DNA of 64,000 bases from Oceanispirochaeta sp. GTDB lineage: Bacteria; Spirochaetota; Spirochaetia; DSM-2461. Positions 9,760-18,739 of the stretch are shown one piece after another. The notes below the pieces were generated by a model that did not search any database, was not told the origin of the DNA, and worked only from the letters and a program-made list of their open reading frames with translations. Each line of letters starts with the position of its first letter. Positions within the stretch are counted from its first letter, which is position 1. The stretch is from positions 672,001-736,000 of the forward strand of contig CAXXOA010000002.1 in the NCBI GenBank assembly GCA_963666275.2, given 5' to 3'. The position numbers and the translations under genes are program-made.

Positions 9760-11611
9760 TTGTTTTCTCTCTTGTGAATGCTATAGATGATGATAACATG
9801 ACGACAAGAATCGATCCAATATTATGAGAGAGGGCTCCCAGAATAGGAGTTAATACACCAAAACCACTTAAGAGAATGGATACAAGATTGATCGACAGAC
9901 TGAGGATGAGGTCTATCTTTATAATCTTAACCATTCTTCTGCTCAGTCTGATAAGAAAGGGAAGAGAAGAGATACTATCCCGCATGAGGATTATATCGGA
10001 GGCTTCAATGGCCATATCAGTTCCTTTCAACCCCATGCAGACTCCAACAGTTGCGGATGCAAGAGAAGGGGAGTCATTCATTCCATCTCCTACAAACATG
10101 GTTGAAGATCTGTCCTCTTTTACTCTTTCGAGTTTTTGTTCTGGTTTCATTGAGTAGGAGAACTCTTCAATTCCCGCTTCAGATGCAGCCCGTTTTACAG
10201 ACGAATGGGAATCGCCGGAAAGGAGAGTTATTTTTTGAAGACCGTGGGTTCTCAATTGTGCGATTGATTCTTTTACACCCTTTTTCAGAGGATCAAACAA
10301 CTGGATTGTTCCAACAATAGTCTCTCCCCAAAGAATGTCTGAAACAGTAAAACCTTCAGTCTGATCCATATCTCCTGCAGTTATCATTGCCTCTTTTCCA
10401 TCGATAATCGCTGAAACTCCGTATCCTGGAATAACTTTCAGGTTCTCAGTCTGAGCAGGTGTAATGTTTCTACTCTGAGCCAATTCTATGACGGCACTTG
10501 CGATAGGGTGCGTACTACCTGCTTCAAGACCATAAGCCAGAGCCAATATTTCATCCTCCGTGTAACCTTCAGCAGCTAGGATCTCTTTAATTTGTGGTTT
10601 ACCCTTTGTAAGGGTTCCTGTTTTATCAAAATAGACCGATTCAACCCGGGCTGTCTGTTCCAGGGCATTCCCACCTCTTACCATGATACCCGCTCGGGCA
10701 GCCCGGCCAACAGCTGCAATTGTTGAAACAGGACCTGCCAGCAGGAAGGAGCATGGACAACCGACAATTAAAACAGTGATGGCTCTGTTAATATCCTTCG
10801 TGATGAGCATAACAATAATGGAAATAGACAGAATGACCGGGGTGAAGAAGGTTGCATATTTGTCAACGATGCGAGTGCTGGGGATTTTCTCATTTTCAGC
10901 AGAATGAACTAAATCAATTAATTTGCTTATTGTGGAGTCTTTTCCCTTGAGAGTTACCTGCATTTTTATTAAGCCGTCTGTATTGATTGCCCCTGCGGCT
11001 AATTTGTCTCCAATAGCTTTGGAAACAGGAAAGGATTCGCCTGTGAGCAATGATTCATCAACAGACGCTGATCCAGCGGTAAGGATACCATCAATGGGAA
11101 ATGTTTCTCCGGATTTGACGATGACAGTCTCTCCTATTTGAACCTGCTCAATATCCAGAAGAACTTCATTGCCCTCTCTTTCTACACGAGCCTTGGTTGG
11201 ATTCATATCTAAAAGGGATTCAATAGACGAACGGGCACGGCTGCTTACTGCCTCCTCAATAAAGGAGCCGGCCATCATTATAAAACTGACGATTGCTCCT
11301 TCCATAAAGTTTCCTGTTGCCATACAGGCAATCAAGGCAATACTGACAAGCTCGTCGACATTAACCTTTTTTTGAACAACTCCCTTAATGGCATCCAAAA
11401 TAATGGGAAGCCCATTCACAGCTATTGAAAGCAGTAAAATGATCTGAAGTAATAATTCCGGTTTGGGCAGAATAGAAAGATTATGAACAATTCCACTTTG
11501 GTTTATTAGCAATGCAATCGGAATTAATAATCCTCCCATCGCTATCTTCATAAAATCACTGGAACTGAAAATCTCGCGATAAACGGATAGATCACTGAAT
11601 CTGCCAACCAT
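9752..11611 (-). CDS. P1B-type heavy-metal-translocating P-type ATPase
   Basis: TGES, CPC, DKTGT, HP, GDGMND motifs; start moved to ATG 11611 (GAGG RBS). Confidence 0.92.
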   Translation of the reverse strand: MVGRFSDLSVYREIFSSSDFMKIAMGGLLIPIALLINQSGIVHNLSILPKPELLLQIILLLSIAVNGLPIILDAIKGVVQKKVNVDELVSIALIACMATGNFMEGAIVSFIMMAGSFIEEAVSSRARSSIESLLDMNPTKARVEREGNEVLLDIEQVQIGETVIVKSGETFPIDGILTAGSASVDESLLTGESFPVSKAIGDKLAAGAINTDGLIKMQVTLKGKDSTISKLIDLVHSAENEKIPSTRIVDKYATFFTPVILSISIIVMLITKDINRAITVLIVGCPCSFLLAGPVSTIAAVGRAARAGIMVRGGNALEQTARVESVYFDKTGTLTKGKPQIKEILAAEGYTEDEILALAYGLEAGSTHPIASAVIELAQSRNITPAQTENLKVIPGYGVSAIIDGKEAMITAGDMDQTEGFTVSDILWGETIVGTIQLFDPLKKGVKESIAQLRTHGLQKITLLSGDSHSSVKRAASEAGIEEFSYSMKPEQKLERVKEDRSSTMFVGDGMNDSPSLASATVGVCMGLKGTDMAIEASDIILMRDSISSLPFLIRLSRRMVKIIKIDLILSLSINLVSILLSGFGVLTPILGALSHNIGSILVVMLSSSIAFTREKTIE

Positions 11612-11636
11612 AAAAAACCTCTTTGAAAAACATATA

Positions 11637-11651
11637 GTTTGATAGTCAAAC
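11637..11651. promoter_or_regulatory. candidate MarR operator GTTTGA-tag-TCAAAC
   Basis: Perfect inverted repeat just upstream of the ATPase-marR operon. Confidence 0.55.
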
Positions 11652-11912
11652 AATAAGGATTGCTAACAAAGATGTCAATATGGTTTTAAGGAATATATAG
11701 ATTCCTGCTCTGATATTATAATGATTCTGGCGGTGTTTGCACAAAGAAAAATTGAGTATATTTACTGACTATATCGATATATATATTGACGCAATAATGA
11801 TAATTTGATCTGTCAGGAATCTTTTAAAAAAAACAAAAAAATAGTCTTGTTTCCTGCATGCATAAGTTCAGCATTTTTGATTTAATAAATCAATTTTTAT
11901 CAGGAGGCTATT

Positions 11913-12167
11913 ATGGCAAGAAGTCGTGATTCATTTTTAACTGAAGAGGAAAAAGATGATTTAGTAGAAAAAACAAAGGCATATTTTGAACAAGAAAGAG
12001 AAGAGCAACTTGGAAATATGGAATCATTTTTTATAATTGATTATTTTGTAAAAGAGTTAGGTCCTATCATTTCTTCAAAGGTTATTCGTAGGTTTAAGGA
12101 ACAGGTCGAAATGAAACTTGAAGATGCTGAAGTTGAAGTAATGACAAATCTGGATTTTGTAAATTGA
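11913..12167 (+). CDS. DUF2164-like small protein
   Basis: EEK..L....KAYFEQER.EQLGN.E...IIDYF..ELGP pattern; AGGAGG RBS. Confidence 0.75.
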   Translation: MARSRDSFLTEEEKDDLVEKTKAYFEQEREEQLGNMESFFIIDYFVKELGPIISSKVIRRFKEQVEMKLEDAEVEVMTNLDFVN

Positions 12168-12552
12168 ACAGTGCTGTATTGAAGCCGATATCGACACCTT
12201 TATTATTGATAGATAAATACTGCACCGTGACGGAATTCACCTGACAGTTGGCTTATAGAGAGGTGGCCATCTTATCTCCAGAAGGTATAATGATTTTACC
12301 ACAATTTGTTATATCAGATGGATTCAATGGCCACCTGCAGGACTGCAGCAAAAAAGGCTGCACTCAGAAAGATGAGTATGACCTCACCCCTCCTCATTTC
12401 GAACAGTTGCAGTAGTAGTTTGCTGCCTTATTGACTTATCCCATATTGGGATGAGGAAGAAGCTCTCTATTCTGCGGATTCTTTGCTCAGAAAGCATAAT
12501 AGTCCTAATGTAATATAATTTGTTTTGCTGAGAAATAAAGCAGATGAAAAAG

Positions 12553-12590
12553 ATTAACCAGGTTGACAATTTCAGGTTAACCTGGTTAAC
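12553..12590. promoter_or_regulatory. two MarR operators (GTTAACCWGGTTAAC) overlapping a TTGACA/TAACAT promoter
   Basis: ATTAACCAGGTTGAC 12553-12567 and GTTAACCTGGTTAAC 12576-12590. Confidence 0.7.
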
Positions 12591-12598
12591 ATAAGAGT

Positions 12599-13039
12599 AT
12601 GGAAGAGAAATCACTTCTTGATATGGTATTTAGATCGCATCAGTTATTACAAACCCTGGAAAGTTCTCCGCATGACTACGGAACAGGAGAAGTGCTGTTT
12701 TCCTCCGAGATCCATACGATTGTAACAATCGGAAAAAAGGGGAACTGTAATCTTTCTGAATTGGCCAGGGATATGTCTGTATCTAAACCGGCAGCATCTA
12801 AGTTTATCAGCAAGCTGACAAAATCCGGTTATGTTAACAAGACTGGTGATCCTGCTAATAAACGGGGAGTCATTATTACCTTAACCGGGAAGGGTATGAA
12901 GGCTGTTTCGGGACATGAGGAATTTATCAGGAAGATGTTTGGACCATTGAAAGAGGTAGAGTTGGAATTGTCCGGGAAAGACGTTTCGGTTATCGGCTCA
13001 TATCTTTCCTCTTTGATTGAAGAGTGCCCCTGGAGATAA
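12599..13039 (+). CDS. MarR-family transcriptional regulator
   Basis: SEIHTI..IG...NLSELARDMSVSKPAAS...DPANKRGVIITLT. Confidence 0.88.
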   Translation: MEEKSLLDMVFRSHQLLQTLESSPHDYGTGEVLFSSEIHTIVTIGKKGNCNLSELARDMSVSKPAASKFISKLTKSGYVNKTGDPANKRGVIITLTGKGMKAVSGHEEFIRKMFGPLKEVELELSGKDVSVIGSYLSSLIEECPWR

Positions 13040-13055
13040 AAATTTTTGTCTATAA

Positions 13056-13070
13056 GTTAACCAGGTTAAC
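13056..13070. promoter_or_regulatory. third MarR operator copy GTTAACCAGGTTAAC
   Basis: Same palindrome between marR and the next gene. Confidence 0.7.
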
Positions 13071-13093
13071 AGTTTGTTGTAAGGAGAATAAGT

Positions 13094-13753
13094 ATGTTTC
13101 ATTGTAATTCAATTGGCAGCTTTCAGGATTTCTTTCTGCGAGTTGTCGTTCTGTCCTGCTTTGTCTATCCGATTCTGGCGGCTCTGGCATTTGCTCTTCA
13201 TCCCAATCTTTTCTGTATGAGTATCAGTCATTCTGTTGAAACCAGGATTTCGGAATTTCATCATAACAGGTTCATGCATTTCGGCCACTTTTTATTGGTT
13301 GTCGCTGTCCCTTTTCTCATGCTGGCCGGTATTCATTTTGCCGCACTACTTTATGAAAAGGCCCCTCTTTTAGCCGGCCTGGGTTTTTTTCTGGTGATCT
13401 TTGGATGTTTCATTCTGATTCTGGATAAGTCGGCTTTGTGTTTTGTTCCCAGTGCTCTTGATACTCTGAGTGAGGATGAGTTTTCAGGATGCTTTCCCGG
13501 AATCAGGGCCATTTTTTCCTATAGGGGCTATCTGAAGGTTCTGCAGTTCCTGCCTGTCCTTCCTCTGGGATTCATTCTTATCGGAATAGGGTTGGTCGTG
13601 AAGCAGCCCATACCCCTGTCCCAGGGCATCCCCATTCTTGTAGGAGCCGTTCTCATGATGAATCCGGATATAGACCTGCTAAGCATGCTGGGGAGTGTTT
13701 CGATCGGAATAGGATTTATTCCCTATGCCGTCTCAATAGCCTCAGGCAATTAA
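13094..13753 (+). CDS. uncharacterised integral membrane protein
   Basis: About six hydrophobic segments; AAGGAG RBS. Confidence 0.7.
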   Translation: MFHCNSIGSFQDFFLRVVVLSCFVYPILAALAFALHPNLFCMSISHSVETRISEFHHNRFMHFGHFLLVVAVPFLMLAGIHFAALLYEKAPLLAGLGFFLVIFGCFILILDKSALCFVPSALDTLSEDEFSGCFPGIRAIFSYRGYLKVLQFLPVLPLGFILIGIGLVVKQPIPLSQGIPILVGAVLMMNPDIDLLSMLGSVSIGIGFIPYAVSIASGN

Positions 13754-13803
13754 GGAGAGATTTATAATTGAAGAAGTCACCCGAGAGCAGGCTGGAAACT
13801 TTT

Positions 13804-14247
13804 CTATTGCAGAGGCTGCAGTATCAGGAGAATATACTGCCTTTCGGGGATTCTTCGCAGACAGAATCTATATGTTGCATCTCTCTGGTTTTTATATTCT
13901 CCAAATACTTCCCTGGCCGTACCGCTCAGGAAATCTGTCATGAGACTATCCAGGGAACTGTCCAGTTCTGTGATATTTTTTCCGATGACAGTTTGATTGG
14001 GATGGGCCAGGATTGTTTTATCCCGGTCAATGATACAATAAAATCCGTCACCACTGATCTGCCGGTAAGACGTATCTTCCTGTATGTCATCCCTGTTTTT
14101 ATCTCTGATATCTCTTTCTATCAGATCTGCCTGGAGAGAGAGGTTTTCAAATTTCATCTGGTCGGGTTGCTGACTGGTCGCACACCCTATTAAAAGCGAT
14201 AGAAGGATTACAATCCCTGCTTTTTTTAATCCTATGATTTCTTTCAT
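13804..14247 (-). CDS. stand-alone Cache-like domain lipoprotein
   Basis: Lipobox LLIGC; GFYCIIDRD.TILAHPN..VIGKNI Cache signature. Confidence 0.65.
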   Translation of the reverse strand: MKEIIGLKKAGIVILLSLLIGCATSQQPDQMKFENLSLQADLIERDIRDKNRDDIQEDTSYRQISGDGFYCIIDRDKTILAHPNQTVIGKNITELDSSLDSLMTDFLSGTAREVFGEYKNQRDATYRFCLRRIPERQYILLILQPLQ

Positions 14248-14390
14248 TTCAAGTCATTCCCTATTTCCGGTTTGCCATGTTGCTAGCTTCTTGGAAATAT
14301 CGCATTATAAGCAGTTCTTGAGAACAGTTGTTTTCCTGAATTCCTTTTACACTCTATTGTATGAGCTCCGTTTTTCTACGGCTTTTGCTG

Positions 14391-15041
14391 TCAAACAGAT
14401 TCAGTCAGTTCCACTCTTAAAATGGTTTTCAGCTTCTCTTTTGCTGTTCTTCTGGGATCATTCAAATAGATTTCCCAGTGTTCTGTTTTTTTCCAGTTCA
14501 ATCCTGAAATCTTTAATTGTTCATGCATTGTCTGAAACGTGGCGGGTTCGTTGTCATAAGGTCCCATATGCAGAATCTGGGCAAAGCGTCCTTTTCCAAA
14601 GCTTCCGAACTGGAGGTGGTTAAAAGCATCCATCCCCGGATTCTCTTTTTTTGCTGCCTTACGCATAGCAATGTCCCTGTATTCTTCAAACAGCTCTTCC
14701 GTAAGAAACTGCGGCTGCCGGATCATGATTCTATACTGCAACTGGTCTTTACGGTGGGGAGAGTACTGATGTATCCCTTCCTGAAGAGTCCAGCAGCCCT
14801 GGAGCACTCCGACGGAATAATTATGGGCTCCCAGGGGTGAGTCCTCTTTCTTATAGCTCATTTTCAGAGTGTAACTGAAACTGTAGAGAGCACTGAGGTT
14901 CCATGAAAAATCCTGTTCATTAGGATCCCCTTTGCCCTCGATCCAGACAAAGGAACGATTTTTGAGGTTAATTATGTCTACTTTATTTTTTGGTGCCCTA
15001 TAGTCCCATGGATCGCTTTCTTTAAAATTTTCTTCCAACAT
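14391..15041 (-). CDS. GyrI-like small-molecule-binding protein
   Basis: IEGKGDPN...ALYSFSYTLKM...MIRQP...QILHMGPYDNEP...HWEIYLNDPRRTA.EKLKTILR. Confidence 0.85.
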   Translation of the reverse strand: MLEENFKESDPWDYRAPKNKVDIINLKNRSFVWIEGKGDPNEQDFSWNLSALYSFSYTLKMSYKKEDSPLGAHNYSVGVLQGCWTLQEGIHQYSPHRKDQLQYRIMIRQPQFLTEELFEEYRDIAMRKAAKKENPGMDAFNHLQFGSFGKGRFAQILHMGPYDNEPATFQTMHEQLKISGLNWKKTEHWEIYLNDPRRTAKEKLKTILRVELTESV

Positions 15042-15080
15042 TAATACCAGTCCTCCTGCCTGAAATTATGAATGATCTCT

Positions 15081-15099
15081 GTGACAGCTGTATGTCAGG
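15081..15099. promoter_or_regulatory. WYL-regulator operator (TGACA-N7-TGTCA) upstream of the gyrI-like gene
   Basis: Reverse complement CCTGACATACAGCTGTCAC; 1 mismatch to 16077-16095. Confidence 0.7.
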
Positions 15100-15104
15100 T
15101 TTCT

Positions 15105-16004
15105 TTAATAGTACAGAAGGGCTTTTTTCAGTTTCTCTTCTATCCTCTGGCGTAACGGGGCAGGTTCCATCACTTCTATGTATTCGGACATACCGCAAAG
15201 CAGCTGTTCCACCCAGGCATCTGTGGGCCAGGGGATCCTGATATCATGGGGGAGGGAAGAATCATCTGGTTTGTAGGGCCGGATGATAGGGAAGTCCTTG
15301 TATACACGCTCTTCGTGGACTCTCAGTGTGATCCCCGGAATGGATTCTCTATCGACCCGGTCATGAAAGTTCAGATCCGGGAGTTCTGTCATCTGTTCCT
15401 GCCGGTTGAAAGAGCTCTCTGTCACTTCCAGGGCGGCTATTCTGTCGAGCCGGAAAACCCTGTACTGATCTCTCAGACGGCATCTTGCCTGAAGGTACCA
15501 GCATCTACCCCGCAGTACGACTCTAAGAGGTTCTATCTCTCTGGATGATTCCTGCCTCTGATTATTCTCATATTGAATCTTCAGGGTTTTCTCTTCCGTT
15601 ATGGCATTAATGACTTTTGATAGACTGGCTTTCAGAGCCGAATCCGGAGAGAGTTCGGGAGACCAGCTGAACCATGTTGTTTCTGATAGTGATGAAAGGA
15701 GGCTTATGTCTCCCTCCAGTTCGGGCTGATCTAACATATCGCCCAGAGCTGCTACTGTATTGCACATCAGGGAAAGGCCGGTTGATGAAAAGAGATGTTT
15801 CTCCAGGCGGTAATGGGGTAGCAGACCGATTCCGCCTCCCCGGCCTACGCTGGAAACGAGGGGGAGTCCCGCTGTTTCCAGCTGGGCAAGATCCCTGTAT
15901 ATGGTACGTTCGCTGACCTCAAACTGTTCTGCCAGGGAACCGACTGTCTCTGTCCTTTTATATAAAAGAATCATGATGATAGAAAGAATTCGTTCCATTT
16001 TCAT
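15105..16004 (-). CDS. YafY-like HTH-WYL-WCX transcriptional regulator
   Basis: LAEQFEVSERTIYRDL..L..AG.P...G.GGG; REIEP...WYL.A.C.LR...RVFRLDRI. Confidence 0.92.
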   Translation of the reverse strand: MKMERILSIIMILLYKRTETVGSLAEQFEVSERTIYRDLAQLETAGLPLVSSVGRGGGIGLLPHYRLEKHLFSSTGLSLMCNTVAALGDMLDQPELEGDISLLSSLSETTWFSWSPELSPDSALKASLSKVINAITEEKTLKIQYENNQRQESSREIEPLRVVLRGRCWYLQARCRLRDQYRVFRLDRIAALEVTESSFNRQEQMTELPDLNFHDRVDRESIPGITLRVHEERVYKDFPIIRPYKPDDSSLPHDIRIPWPTDAWVEQLLCGMSEYIEVMEPAPLRQRIEEKLKKALLYY

Positions 16005-16076
16005 CCTTAAACTTTATCATCAACCTTCTGTTTGGTAATACAAAAACAGAGAAAAATCGGTCGTTACGGAATGAAC

Positions 16077-16095
16077 CCTGACATACAGTTGTCAC
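16077..16095. promoter_or_regulatory. WYL-regulator operator upstream of the DJ-1/PfpI gene
   Basis: CCTGACATACAGTTGTCAC. Confidence 0.7.
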
Positions 16096-16142
16096 CCGGG
16101 ATTGGTATGATGGATCAATCGTTATTGAACAGGAGAAGAATT

Positions 16143-16778
16143 ATGCTGTTAAAAGAGAAAAGGGTCTGTTATTTATATGTTCCGCACACTCTGGCGGACT
16201 GGGAAATCGGATTTATCACTTCAGAATTGAATAGTAAAAGATTCCTTTCAGGGCCTGGTCACTATGATCTTAAAACTGTCGGTGCCGGTCCCGAATCCAT
16301 TACAACAATGGGAGGGATTATTATAACACCACAGGAGTCCATTGAAACAATAGATTTCAGGGACGGTGATGTTCTGATCCTGCCGGGGGCTGACACATGG
16401 ATGGAAAAGACACATGACGGGCTTTTGAAGATGCTGCCTGATCTGCTGGAGAAAAACGTTATTGTCGCTGCCATTTGCGGAGCCACGTTTGCCCTTGCGA
16501 GATCCGGTGTGCTGGATGACAGATCACATACAAGCAACGACAGGGATTATCTTAAGATGATTTGCCCGGGGTATCGCGGCAGTTCCTGTTACGTTGATGA
16601 GCCTGTTTGTGTGGACGGGAACCTGATTACCGCTTCAGGGTTTGCTTCCCTGGAGTTCTCCTATGAAGTTTTTAAAAAAATGAATGTCATGAATGATGAT
16701 ACTCTAGAAGCCTGGTATAAGCTTTATCAGACAAAAGAAGCCGGATATTTTGTTCATCTATTGGAGTCTCTCAGATAA
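16143..16778 (+). CDS. DJ-1/PfpI-family (class I glutamine amidotransferase-like) protein
   Basis: LADWE, LILPGADTW, AAICGA, HTSN, LITASG; start set to ATG 16143 after AGGAG. Confidence 0.88.
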   Translation: MLLKEKRVCYLYVPHTLADWEIGFITSELNSKRFLSGPGHYDLKTVGAGPESITTMGGIIITPQESIETIDFRDGDVLILPGADTWMEKTHDGLLKMLPDLLEKNVIVAAICGATFALARSGVLDDRSHTSNDRDYLKMICPGYRGSSCYVDEPVCVDGNLITASGFASLEFSYEVFKKMNVMNDDTLEAWYKLYQTKEAGYFVHLLESLR

Positions 16779-16845
16779 AATAGGTAAGAATTTTCATCCA
16801 GAAATGTAATTTCAATTAATTCTGGAATGGAGAGGACGTATGCAA

Positions 16846-17367
16846 TTATAAGGACAAAATTGGAAAATCCAGCATATAGAATCTTGAATCATCTGGTCTC
16901 ATCTTTCGGACTTTGAGCTTTCTCTCATAAGTCTTTGTATTCTGATGGATGCAGACAATCATTTCTTTATTTGAATTGAGAGTCATTGCATCTATATGGA
17001 TAGATAAATCACACTGTGATGCTTCCATACTTTCCATGATCAACTTATCCAGTAATCGATACAGCTCCAGTTTTCGCACTGCCCAGTGAATGCTCATATA
17101 ATCAGATTCTATCCTGTATTGGAGCCTTCCCTGATAACGTAAGGACTGTTGTTCCAGGTAGAATCCAACAAAATGCAGTTCATGATCAACACGGGCGAAT
17201 TTGTTTGGCAGATGTGCATAAAAAAGCAATCTGCTGAGGCGAATGAAAGAGCTTTCCAGCACTCTTTCTCTGTTATCCTTTTCTTTAGTAAGCCCTCGAT
17301 TCAGGGCCACCAGATAGGTAAATGACTCTTCCAGAAAACTGTATTGAATGGAGTTTTTCGCTTGCAT
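16846..17367 (-). CDS. degenerate stand-alone LytS/YesM-type histidine-kinase-like domain protein
   Basis: RLSRLLFYA...ARVDHELHFV.FYLEQQSLRYQGRLQYRI resembles the His_kinase (LS.LLRY...EEL...YL.IQ..RF..RL) core; PH and ENAI.HG motifs absent. Confidence 0.5.
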   Translation of the reverse strand: MQAKNSIQYSFLEESFTYLVALNRGLTKEKDNRERVLESSFIRLSRLLFYAHLPNKFARVDHELHFVGFYLEQQSLRYQGRLQYRIESDYMSIHWAVRKLELYRLLDKLIMESMEASQCDLSIHIDAMTLNSNKEMIVCIHQNTKTYERKLKVRKMRPDDSRFYMLDFPILSL

Positions 17368-17451
17368 AATATCCCTCTCTAATTCCTGATCATAAATAGG
17401 ACATGAGGGATTTTCCTTGAGGATCGGGACAAAAACCTTTAATATTCAGTC

Positions 17452-18315
17452 ATGGTTCAGTATATTTCACCATCCAGTTATTACTCAGGTGAAGATCTCT
17501 TTCTGGACAATCATCCTCCCCTCCGGATACTGCATATGGATCATAGTATTGAGTATCCGAGTCATACCCATGACTTTACAGAAATGGCGATTGTTTATTC
17601 CGGATCAGCTGTCCACCATGTGGGTTCTGAAAGACATAGAGTTACGGCAAATGATGTTCTGTTGATCCCAAAGGGTGTTTCTCATTCCTATTCAGAAGTA
17701 GAAGATTTCTCATATGTAAATATACTTTTCGACTCAGAGAACCTATTTAAGTCAGTATTGCATAGGCACTTCTTTTCTCTGCTTAATGATTTCTATAATC
17801 CGCAGGAATTCCACAACTATAAGCTGAGTCCATATGAGGTTAAGGAAGCATTATCAATTGTTAAGAGGATTGACAGGGAGTTATACCGGAATATGGATAT
17901 TAGCAGGATTGCCTCGGTTTCTTATTTCATTCAATTGTTGTCCATGCTCTATGAAGCGAGTTCTGTAAGTTTCCCTGCTGGAAGTTCTACGGAGTTGCGT
18001 GTCCATGGGATTATTGATTTGATTGATAACAATGTAACCGAAAACTATCCCATCGAGTCCCTGGCAGCAAAGGCTATGACCAGTCCTCGCAATTTTACCC
18101 GACTTTTCAAGTCTCTCACAGGAAAATCTCCTTCTGTCTATATTAAGGGGAAGCGCATTGAGAAAGCCTGTGCTTTGCTATCTGGAACCGATATGACGAT
18201 AACACAGATTGCGTCGCTGGTCGGATTTGATGATCCGAATTATTTCTCACATACTTTCAGGGTTTTGAAGGGAAAGTCACCAAGGAAATTTCGCTCTGAA
18301 GAACAGTATTTTTAA
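17452..18315 (+). CDS. AraC-family regulator (cupin + HTH, RhaR/RhaS-like)
   Basis: HTHDFTEMAIV.SG cupin; ITQIA..VGFDDPNYFS..F...G.SPRKFR. Confidence 0.9.
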   Translation: MVQYISPSSYYSGEDLFLDNHPPLRILHMDHSIEYPSHTHDFTEMAIVYSGSAVHHVGSERHRVTANDVLLIPKGVSHSYSEVEDFSYVNILFDSENLFKSVLHRHFFSLLNDFYNPQEFHNYKLSPYEVKEALSIVKRIDRELYRNMDISRIASVSYFIQLLSMLYEASSVSFPAGSSTELRVHGIIDLIDNNVTENYPIESLAAKAMTSPRNFTRLFKSLTGKSPSVYIKGKRIEKACALLSGTDMTITQIASLVGFDDPNYFSHTFRVLKGKSPRKFRSEEQYF

Positions 18316-18739
18316 TAGTATTCATTGAAATTTTGAAGCTTGCTCAATTCCAATCCATCAAGCAGCAGGTTCTATTAAACCGGCTAATCCCTGGACGAGT
18401 GGATTTTTTAAAAATCATCTGCATGTGGCCTACCCAGATAATATTCCAGAATACTTCCAAGGTATGGGAGTAAGATAAATATCTTTTTACAAAACATTCT
18501 TACAAGCGATATATGTTAACAACATATCAACAGAACAGGTCAGATTTTAACAGTCTGTTAATAGTTGCTAAAAGTTCAATCGACGATTTTTACATTGCAG
18601 AATTCCTGACATATACTCATTTAATTCACGCTGCAAAAAGGATGGAATGGAAGTCTTGCATTAGGAATTTATCTCCAGTCTGTATCCTAGAGGCAATCCA
18701 TATCTTTTTCTTTTTTGCTAAAATGAGGAGGTATAAATT

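Noticed and set aside
18547..18561. Palindrome TTAACAG-t-CTGTTAA upstream of the FG-GAP gene
   Set aside because: Single copy with no assignable regulator; may be chance in an AT-rich spacer.
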